Below, piece by piece: positions 62,801 through 64,000 of a DNA stretch of 64,000 bases (position 1 is its first letter; each line of letters opens with the position of its first letter). Where the stretch lies: positions 1,178,001-1,242,000 of the forward strand of contig NW_022985693.1 in assembly GCF_902459465.1 (NCBI RefSeq), given 5' to 3'. The notes under the pieces are model-generated. The model made no database searches. It was not told where the DNA came from and saw nothing but the letters and a program-made list of their open reading frames with translations. Source of the DNA: Asterias rubens. Lineage: Eukaryota. The position numbers were made by a program, and so were the translations under genes.

Positions 62801-63216
62801 CTGTAGGCTTCTAACCAAAAGTTTGTATTGCCGTGAATTTTAGTAGTTGTACGTACTGTACCTTCCTTTTTACAGGTTTTTAAATCCTAGAAAAAACAAG
62901 CTGTGAAAAAAAAAATGAGATCAAAGAGGATTTTTTTTGTTCTTTCGAGTGGAGTTATTCTACTCCGTTTATTCAACAAACGACAACATTCATCACTTAA
63001 TCAACATTAATAAAGAAGCGCAACTGCTATTACATACAAGTATATAATATTAGAGCTTTGTTACAATTGGTTAAACTGATATATTTTTTGTTTCATTAGA
63101 TGACCCTTGTGACCCTAACCCATGTGAAAATGACGGGCGATGTTCTCCAACCCCAGATATGATGTCTTATATGTGCACTTGCATTGGGCGATGGGCAGGG
63201 CAGAATTGTGATGAAG
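1426..63216 (+). CDS. Giant secreted mosaic protein (58 exons in window, 3'-incomplete): Sib/integrin-beta-like N-terminus, Ig-like, EGFx5, TIL, CUB, then 5x[VWD-C8-TIL-TILa-EGF]; FCGBP/zonadhesin-like
   Basis: Manual splice reconstruction. All 58 exons are bounded by AG/GT, exon lengths fit the phases, and the frame is open for about 3170 aa. Hydrophobic signal peptide; GDPH, CGLCG, SPNYP and EGF Cys patterns. Last exon ends in phase 1 with no stop. Confidence 0.9.
4313..5370. mobile_element. Cluster of small palindromic MITEs (GGGTGCGTTCGTTTAGCTTCCCTGGGTCGACCCC termini)
   Basis: Complete copies at about 4999-5120 and 5209-5370, half copy at 4313-4346. Confidence 0.7.
5817..6356. mobile_element. 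540-bp TIR element with 9-bp TSD (MULE-like)
   Basis: TIR TAGTTGCGATAAC/GTTATCGCAACTA; GGTAGACTA at 5808-5816 and 6357-6365. Confidence 0.8.
6880..9037. mobile_element. Decayed 2.2-kb DNA transposon, 4-bp TSD (Sola-like)
   Basis: TIR GGGCAATTCCAC/GTGGAATTGCCC; AAAT on both sides; repeated internal GTCCATGAC motifs. Confidence 0.7.
9229..11402. mobile_element. 2.2-kb TIR element with perfect 47-bp TIRs and 4-bp TSD
   Basis: 9229-9275 is the exact reverse complement of 11356-11402; AAGT on both sides. Confidence 0.85.
10701..10960 (-). mobile_element. L2-type LINE 3' end fragment nested in the TIR element
   Basis: Minus strand reads ...GPKEWNKLPKLIRES...FKK, then a stem-loop tail (CAGCGCTTTG...AGGCGCTATATAAATAC) and TTA-rich end. 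Confidence 0.6.
11781..12050 (+). mobile_element. CR1-type LINE ORF2 C-terminal fragment
   Basis: IETFKILTGLEDID...TRGHDMKLFK / RKHFFTQQVVDNWNRLP...FKN, with a frameshift. Confidence 0.75.
12128..12399 (+). CDS. Exon 2: N-terminal Sib-like region
   Basis: ttgcag acceptor; VVISHRVSWQD...CTDYNVGAVWSSG...YFVG; phase 0-2. Confidence 0.85.
12627..12940. mobile_element. Truncated TTAA-type MITE remnant
   Basis: Starts TTAA AAGGACATGTTGCCTTG; right end not resolved. Confidence 0.4.
13243..13415 (+). CDS. Exon 3: N-terminal Sib-like region
   Basis: YQGCCW...NSSPKTTMFPVVRIQRGC...IRIP; phase 2-1. Confidence 0.85.
13472..13665 (+). mobile_element. tRNA-derived SINE fragment; related copy at about 37240-37505
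   Basis: Shared CTTC(A/G)AATCCCACCAGGGGCAC..ATGTGGATT..GGGTTTTCCTCCCA block with B-box-like motif. Confidence 0.6.
13782..13909 (+). CDS. Exon 4: N-terminal Sib-like region
   Basis: LDADRDYVSCHLA...CHSLCDFRVPNIELNPD; phase 1-0. Confidence 0.8.
14027..14304 (+). CDS. Exon 5: N-terminal Sib-like region
   Basis: GCILQ...YAVALVVQD...PLSSVPLQFVL...CAPRPTFVPDTP; donor GTAAGT at 14305; phase 0-2. Confidence 0.85.
14530..14685 (+). CDS. Exon 6: N-terminal beta-rich region (not in ORF track)
   Basis: ctacag acceptor; ITDIVTLSPLNTRKTEL...SMCFYGNQTNG; phase 2-2. Confidence 0.8.
15212..15252 (+). CDS. Exon 7: 41-nt exon
   Basis: ttgcag acceptor; ISSEIRCITVAFD; GTAAGT donor; phase 2-1 bridges exons 6 and 8. 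Confidence 0.75.
15310..15348 (-). ncRNA. Minimal type I hammerhead-like motif (Penelope pLTR type, U3:A8 variant)
   Basis: Minus strand GCCT-UCGAGAAA-GACUCU gcu AGGGUC-GAAA-CGUC-AGGC: stem I, stem II, GAAA and ACGU palindrome with GUC site. Confidence 0.5.
16099..16196 (+). CDS. Exon 8: Ig-like module, first part
   Basis: VTAPQIVLDAVFPNVGEAVDPNFEFFQIVFNQE; phase 1-0. Confidence 0.8.
16575..16845 (+). CDS. Exon 9: Ig-like module, second part
   Basis: VKRPLQDRFISLF...LDPGEYYFVADEGAV...WHFSVT; phase 0-1. Confidence 0.85.
17003..17131 (+). CDS. Exon 10: EGF 1
   Basis: DPCLTPELCQNGGTC...CLCSTDFKGANCE; phase 1-1. Confidence 0.9.
17678..17800 (+). CDS. Exon 11: EGF 2
   Basis: NPCSVSADVCQNDGVC...CDCLPNFVGESCE; phase 1-1. 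Confidence 0.9.
18099..18830. mobile_element. TTAA-target TIR element (Kolobok-like), family B
   Basis: TTAA|AGTCACCTGGAA...TTCCAGGTGACT|TTAA. Confidence 0.75.
18852..19231. mobile_element. Kolobok-like MITE family A, inverted relative to 229-592
   Basis: TTAA|AGACAGTG...CACTGCCT|TTAA; internal sequence is the reverse complement of the first copy. Confidence 0.75.
19446..19562 (+). CDS. Exon 12: EGF 3
   Basis: NPCLSAPCLNEAVC...CSCASGFMGTHCE; phase 1-1. Confidence 0.9.
19664..20400 (-). mobile_element. 5'-truncated R4/Dong-clade non-LTR retrotransposon (CCHC finger + restriction-like endonuclease)
   Basis: ORF 19747-20352: CRMC..ETVFHIVSEC, ILWDFNIQTD, RRPDVVLLDK, IDIAVP, KIEKYQDL; (TAA)n on both flanks. 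Confidence 0.85.
20655..20820 (-). mobile_element. tRNA-derived SINE; related + strand copies at about 26686-26790 and 41030-41400
   Basis: Minus strand GTGTCATGGCCGAGCGGTTAAGAGC head, then TCCTTGAGCAAGA..ATAAATGGGTAC core. Confidence 0.6.
20908..21030 (+). CDS. Exon 13: EGF 4
   Basis: DPCLASPSVCQNNGVC...CTCVGAFIGKDCS; phase 1-1. Confidence 0.9.
21249..21377 (+). CDS. Exon 14: EGF 5
   Basis: DPCSVPMLCENGATC...CECAEGFMGRNCR; phase 1-1. Confidence 0.9.
21466..21800. mobile_element. Truncated Kolobok-like MITE family A
   Basis: TTAA AGGCACTG start; body homologous to 18852-19231. Confidence 0.65.
21858..22063 (+). CDS. Exon 15: TIL (no preceding VWD/C8)
   Basis: CPDSASYSSCIAPCGPTC...CTEGCVCNEG...CIPASECGC; phase 1-0. 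Confidence 0.9.
22744..22930 (+). CDS. Exon 16: TILa + EGF-like
   Basis: NCTERCSC...CADDATC...CMCNEGFEGNGMEC; phase 0-1. Confidence 0.9.
23062..23370. mobile_element. Diverged TTAA-type MITE (relatives at about 58560-58760 and 62560-62850)
   Basis: Shared TGAAGTGAAA..TTTCTCAAAATGCATTATACTAT..AAGCTGCTGTA block. Confidence 0.45.
23483..23851 (+). CDS. Exon 17: CUB domain
   Basis: FSSPNYPENY...FHIEEIRDALYVG...MWMYFITD...GW; phase 1-1. Confidence 0.85.
24482..24595 (+). CDS. Exon 18: EGF
   Basis: DPCWEDPCMNDGQC...CVCVGGWRGQNCE; phase 1-1. Confidence 0.9.
25117..25495 (-). mobile_element. RTE-clade LINE 3' fragment with (AAGC)n tail
   Basis: Minus strand CYTRLLRTALNIHW...RRMRFAGHCYRS...HGKRKPG.PALTYTDILK.DTGL. 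Confidence 0.8.
25745..25956 (+). CDS. Exon 19: VWD1 part a
   Basis: [26 protein letters not shown]; phase 1-0. Confidence 0.9.
26424..26528 (+). CDS. Exon 20: VWD1 part b
   Basis: EIGMNREMSLTIDGLQLYLPVIRPGVHITFRGNSI; phase 0-0. Confidence 0.85.
26800..27325. mobile_element. Non-autonomous repeat ending in a 160-bp hairpin (Crypton-like, tentative); relative at about 58090-58550
   Basis: Shared CAGACAGTTTC..CCTATTGGTGGAGAG head and TTTATGAATGGGAAT..ATTCCCTTA end; inverted arms 27160-27221 and 27260-27321. Confidence 0.5.
27666..27818 (+). CDS. Exon 21: VWD1 part c
   Basis: LEVEWTG...TCGLCGNMD; phase 0-0. Confidence 0.9.
28173..28320 (+). CDS. Exon 22: VWD1-C8 linker
   Basis: AAEFGNSWKYNDC...HPC...FFCSVI; phase 0-1. 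Confidence 0.9.
28477..28653 (+). CDS. Exon 23: C8 (cassette 1)
   Basis: GPFRNCH...FYQDCVYDSC...WRTEEFC; phase 1-1. Confidence 0.9.
28704..28778. mobile_element. Left end only of a family A Kolobok-like MITE
   Basis: TTAA AGGCAGTGGACACTGTTGGTAATTACTC, cut off at GAGTAATG. Confidence 0.65.
28779..29622. mobile_element. About 840-bp element with imperfect inverted ends and internal tandem repeats
   Basis: CGGTTCT..ACCCGGTTCCAA at left mirrors TTGGAACCGGGT..AGAACCG at right. Confidence 0.45.
29277..29352. repeat. 16-bp tandem repeat (TGCACTACGGACGTAC) x4.75
   Basis: Perfect units counted directly. Confidence 0.95.
30484..30695 (+). CDS. Exon 24: TIL (cassette 1)
   Basis: CPEHSSYNPCMTACP...CVEGCEC; phase 1-0. 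Confidence 0.9.
31307..31478 (+). CDS. Exon 25: TILa/EGF-like (cassette 1)
   Basis: DCAFECEC...CHCNVGYIGDGKDC; phase 0-1. Confidence 0.9.
31643..31759 (+). CDS. Exon 26: EGF (cassette 1)
   Basis: DPCASSPCNHGLC...CRCLRGTQGRFCD; phase 1-1. Confidence 0.9.
31784..32172. mobile_element. Kolobok-like MITE family A
   Basis: TTAA|AGGTATTGGACAC...GTGTCCAGTGCCT|TTAA. Confidence 0.75.
32194..32455. repeat. Degenerate minisatellite of about 35 bp (TTGATAGTTTTTGACTGAC core), about 7-8 units
   Basis: Recurring ATTGATAGTTTTT(A/G)ACTGA motif. Confidence 0.8.
32517..32776 (-). mobile_element. Diverged copy of the 260-bp tRNA-core repeat with terminal duplication
   Basis: Homologous to 37896-38410; has an extra copy (about 35 bp) of the unit end at its left. 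Confidence 0.7.
33460..33674 (+). CDS. Exon 27: VWD2 part a
   Basis: [26 protein letters not shown]; phase 1-0. Confidence 0.9.
34062..34166 (+). CDS. Exon 28: VWD2 part b
   Basis: VIGMNSKRKIMVNG...VKRGKNV; phase 0-0. Confidence 0.85.
34361..34501 (+). CDS. Exon 29: VWD2 part c
   Basis: TDFGLEVRW...TCGLGGSWDGNSDND; phase 0-0. Confidence 0.9.
34619..34757 (+). CDS. Exon 30: VWD2-C8 linker
   Basis: AEMFGNRWKINDEEC...LNC...DLCQVF; phase 0-1. Confidence 0.85.
35887..36066 (+). CDS. Exon 31: C8 (cassette 2)
   Basis: AFERC...FYDSCVYDLC...WRTRQFC; phase 1-1. Confidence 0.9.
36475..36671 (+). CDS. Exon 32: TIL (cassette 2)
   Basis: CPEHSSYTQCASACPGTC...CVEGCEC; phase 1-0. Confidence 0.9.
37562..37736 (+). 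CDS. Exon 33: TILa/EGF-like (cassette 2)
   Basis: DCGQRCTC...CAVNAIC...GCYCNDGF; phase 0-1. Confidence 0.9.
37896..38410 (-). mobile_element. Head-to-tail dimer of a 260-bp repeat with an internal tRNA-like segment
   Basis: Two near-identical units; minus strand GGTAGTCTAGTTGGT (A box) ... GGTTCGAATCCC (B box). Confidence 0.8.
38575..38694 (+). CDS. Exon 34: EGF (cassette 2)
   Basis: DPCDSGEEHCSGNGKC...CECNQGWSGEACD; phase 1-1. Confidence 0.9.
38776..38853. repeat. (TCAA)n microsatellite; shorter run at 38706-38725
   Basis: Seen directly. Confidence 0.95.
39315..39526 (+). CDS. Exon 35: VWD3 part a
   Basis: [26 protein letters not shown]; phase 1-0. Confidence 0.9.
40248..40355 (+). CDS. 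Exon 36: VWD3 part b
   Basis: VIELLQDKEVRVNG...ISGKRV; phase 0-0. Confidence 0.85.
40561..40716 (+). CDS. Exon 37: VWD3 part c
   Basis: TNFTLVVAWDG...TQGLCGTYDG; phase 0-0. Confidence 0.9.
41437..41587 (+). CDS. Exon 38: VWD3-C8 linker
   Basis: EFGNRWVYGEC...KPC...HLCEII; phase 0-1. Confidence 0.9.
42706..42885 (+). CDS. Exon 39: C8 (cassette 3)
   Basis: GPFRDCH...NCRYDLC...WRTEEFC; phase 1-1. Confidence 0.9.
43033..43256 (+). CDS. Exon 40: TIL (cassette 3)
   Basis: CPEGSSYTPCASGCPETC...CVEGCDC; phase 1-0. Confidence 0.9.
43842..44019 (+). CDS. Exon 41: TILa/EGF-like (cassette 3)
   Basis: GCEERCEC...CHRNAEC...CHCRQPLIGDG; phase 0-1. Confidence 0.9.
44635..44748 (+). CDS. Exon 42: EGF (cassette 3)
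   Basis: SPCFSDPCENNGTC...CQCTELFMGERCS; phase 1-1. Confidence 0.9.
44936..45141 (+). CDS. Exon 43: VWD4 part a
   Basis: LCYVYGSLHFITFD...FQGECQY; phase 1-0. Confidence 0.9.
45555..45659 (+). CDS. Exon 44: VWD4 part b
   Basis: VITLGRENQCYVDG...RFSGFNL; phase 0-0. Confidence 0.85.
45718..45865. repeat. 148-bp segment duplicated at 46846-46993
   Basis: Same orientation, about 6-7 substitutions. Confidence 0.9.
46334..46468 (+). CDS. Exon 45: VWD4 part c
   Basis: TDFGLTVTYDG...LCGMCGNYDG; phase 0-0. Confidence 0.9.
46998..47268 (+). mobile_element. L2-type LINE 3' fragment with (ATT)n tail
   Basis: HGIAPVYLQSL...RNLRSS...SRSFQYAAVQLWNSFP, 3' stem-loop GCGCAT..ATGCGC, then (ATT)n. Confidence 0.8.
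47373..47526. mobile_element. Small imperfect palindromic MITE
   Basis: AGACG..CCGCCATCCTTGATG mirrors CATCAAAGATGGCGG..CGTCT. Confidence 0.55.
48006..48159 (+). CDS. Exon 46: VWD4-C8 linker
   Basis: AAEIGNSFLYGDGC...NPC...EFCNAL; phase 0-1. Confidence 0.9.
48841..50375. mobile_element. Helentron/DINE-1-like non-autonomous element with internal tandem array of about 300-bp units
   Basis: GGTGTTCGG (48846) with local hairpin, CCGAACACC (50363), T-rich flanks; units start at 48946, 49236, 49551. Confidence 0.6.
50421..50593. mobile_element. Small TIR MITE (relative at about 36235-36335)
   Basis: CGATTTCACGAAAC / GTTTGGTGAAATCG; internal TCCTAAC/TTAGGA motifs. Confidence 0.5.
50752..50931 (+). 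CDS. Exon 47: C8 (cassette 4)
   Basis: GPLKPC...LCLHDAC...WRTIDYC; phase 1-1. Confidence 0.9.
51363..51675. mobile_element. Truncated Kolobok-like MITE family A
   Basis: TTAA AGGGAAGG start; body homologous to family A. Confidence 0.6.
51816..52021 (+). CDS. Exon 48: TIL (cassette 4, 8-Cys variant)
   Basis: DCQQGSKFNVQTSGCPQTC...EACEC...CVPAEECGC; phase 1-0. Confidence 0.9.
52050..52523. repeat. 57-bp minisatellite, 8 full units plus a partial
   Basis: CATATTGTACAAACACCATTGACCCCTCAGATACTCTCATTGTATATCTGTAACTTC units. Confidence 0.95.
52523..53545 (-). mobile_element. Penelope-like element fragment (RT C-terminus + GIY-YIG endonuclease), truncated at both ends
   Basis: WWRYIDDIFFIW, then (1-nt frameshift) TIKFT..FLD..KPTD..YLH..SCHP..; NLIYLISC..C..QYIGET..LKRRF..H. 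Confidence 0.9.
53645..53816 (+). CDS. Exon 49: TILa/EGF-like (cassette 4)
   Basis: DCTHVCEC...CDDNAEC...CKCSDGFIGNG; phase 0-1. Confidence 0.9.
53947..54060 (+). CDS. Exon 50: EGF (cassette 4)
   Basis: LCGNVTCENDGKC...CSCKQGYSGDHCE; phase 1-1. Confidence 0.9.
55043..55251 (+). CDS. Exon 51: VWD5 part a
   Basis: QCGASGDPHYQTFD...FQGECRY; phase 1-0. Confidence 0.9.
55570..56253. mobile_element. About 680-bp TIR element rich in GCGAAT/ATTCGC motifs
   Basis: TGCTGCTCTCACAC / GTGTGAGAGTAGCA ends; no clear TSD. Confidence 0.55.
56526..56633 (+). CDS. Exon 52: VWD5 part b (contains RGD)
   Basis: EIVLYREKRTTVNG...INLRGDRV; phase 0-0. Confidence 0.85.
56853..57226. mobile_element. Kolobok-like MITE, family C
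   Basis: TTAA|AGCCATTGGACCCTTTCGGT...ACCGAAAGGGTCCAATGGCT|TTAA, perfect 20-bp TIR. Confidence 0.85.
57601..57743. repeat. 143-bp copy of 56075-56217
   Basis: 2 substitutions; flanked by an imperfect direct repeat of about 18 bp. Confidence 0.9.
57848..58003 (+). CDS. Exon 53: VWD5 part c
   Basis: TNFTLEVSWDG...TCGLCGNMD; phase 0-0. Confidence 0.9.
58854..58998 (+). CDS. Exon 54: VWD5-C8 linker
   Basis: NVFGNFWVANPEEC...VEC...SICEPL; phase 0-1. Confidence 0.9.
59356..60392. mobile_element. hAT-like non-autonomous element, apparent 6-bp TSD
   Basis: CAGGGATGCCAG / CTGGCATCCCTG; AATTAC on both sides. Confidence 0.7.
60712..60888 (+). CDS. Exon 55: C8 (cassette 5)
   Basis: GPFRRC...FENCVYDGC...WRRDDFC; phase 1-1. 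Confidence 0.9.
61386..61531. mobile_element. Fold-back fragment of the 260-bp repeat with 15-bp TSD
   Basis: 43-bp arms 61430-61472 and 61477-61519; AAATGTAATTAAATG at 61371-61385 and 61532-61546. Confidence 0.8.
61607..61815 (+). CDS. Exon 56: TIL (cassette 5)
   Basis: CPPQSTYKVCANVCQRRC...CEEGCEC; phase 1-0. Confidence 0.9.
61877..62100 (-). mobile_element. Short insertion with long inverted arms around a hammerhead-like core; 12-bp TSD (Penelope-type, tentative)
   Basis: ATCATCAATAAT at 61865-61876 and 62101-62112; minus strand CUGAAGA-c-GAUCAG agcaua CUGAUC-GAAA-CGUC at 62020-61987. Confidence 0.6.
62332..62503 (+). CDS. Exon 57: TILa/EGF-like (cassette 5)
   Basis: GCMERCTC...CHHNASC...CHCDEGFLGNGMEC; phase 0-1. 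Confidence 0.9.
63100..63216 (+). CDS. Exon 58: EGF (cassette 5); gene continues beyond window
   Basis: DPCDPNPCENDGRC...CTCIGRWAGQNCD; phase 1-1. Confidence 0.9.
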
Positions 63217-63427
63217 GTAATTAATATTTAGAAACTTTTTACAGCAAAGTGAACATTGAATTGGTTGTTATTATGACCAATCATGCATCCATTGAATAAT
63301 GCTTTCACAATAAAAGTTGCATGTAATGATTACAACGATTGTTTAAACTGACTGCAGAATTAATATATTTCTTCCTCTCTGTTACTACAATCTTCTTCTT
63401 TTGAGTCCATCATCTACTCTACTTAAA

Positions 63428-63658
63428 ATAATTGACAGCCCTCTCATTTGCTGTCATCAGATCTTCTTGGGAGCACTGCTCCTTGGGGGATGGGCATCAA
63501 AGGTGTGGCATTGATTGGGGTGGTGTGCCACAATCGCATTTGGTGTCATCATCATCGGTGTATTCTTATTTCTTCATGTTTGTCTTGCATTGTCCCACCT
63601 CTGTACATAGTCTATTGAGGGACTTCCATGTTCTCCAGTCCTGCTTATGTTCAATATA
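63428..63658 (-). mobile_element. Decayed non-LTR retrotransposon ORF C-terminus (RTE-like)
   Basis: WRTWKSLNRL..VGQCKTNMKK*..DDTKCDCG..QSMPHL..C..QCSQEDLMTANERAV with stops. Confidence 0.6.
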
Positions 63659-63782
63659 CAATTGTTGCACGTTGTAACAGGGTCCATGGTGTTTTGTACA
63701 CTCGAGGGGAATTCGCCTTGGGTGCCATTTGCCCCCGAGGGTGTACAAAACCCATGGACCCCATCACAGTGTGCAACAATTG
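63659..63782. repeat. Imperfect 124-bp inverted repeat
   Basis: CAATTGTTGCAC..GGGTCCATGG..TTTTGTACAC mirrored at right. Confidence 0.75.
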
Positions 63783-64000
63783 TTTTGTTATACCTTGGTA
63801 AAATTTGTATTCCTCTTCTCGAAGTTCTGTTGTCATCTTCAAACATTTTTATGACGGAGTATGCAGTGGTTTAATAAGCAGATAAACAGTTGTTCATCTA
63901 AGAAACAATTCTTCACTGTTCCCTCGAACCCGCAGCTGTTTTGTAAAAAGCGCTGGAAATCGACCAGCGGTGGGACGATCAAGGTATAATGTACACCGGT

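Noticed and set aside
1426-63216. Assigning FCGBP, ZAN or TECTA as gene symbol
   Set aside because: Shares cassette types only. The N-terminus is not IgGFc-binding, MAM or NIDO, and the C-terminus is outside the window, so orthology cannot be claimed.

Overview
AT-rich, intron-rich eukaryotic DNA, probably an echinoderm such as a sea star (inferred from repeat and domain style, not proven). One + strand gene fills the window. I traced 58 exons by hand from an ATG at 1426 to 63216. Every intron is GT..AG and every phase is consistent, giving about 9514 coding nt (about 3170 aa) with no stop, so the gene runs past the window end. Predicted secreted protein: signal peptide; a Cys-containing N-terminal region starting FHYKGGSISW that resembles the N-terminus of Dictyostelium Sib 'integrin beta-like' proteins; an Ig-like module; 5 EGF; TIL; TILa/EGF-like; CUB; EGF; then five 8-exon cassettes [VWD-C8-TIL-TILa/EGF-like-EGF] of FCGBP/zonadhesin/tectorin type. 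The cassettes differ. VWD1, 2, 3 and 5 keep the GDPH autoproteolysis motif and VWD4 has GSLH. VWD2 has lost the Cys expected to tether the cleaved N-terminal part. VWD5 has an RGD. Introns hold many mobile elements: TTAA (Kolobok-like) MITEs; TIR elements with 4-, 6- and 9-bp TSDs; a Helentron/DINE-like element; R4/Dong, RTE, L2, CR1 and Penelope fragments; two hammerhead-like motifs; a tandem tRNA-core repeat; and local templated duplications. All family names come from motif recognition, not database searches.
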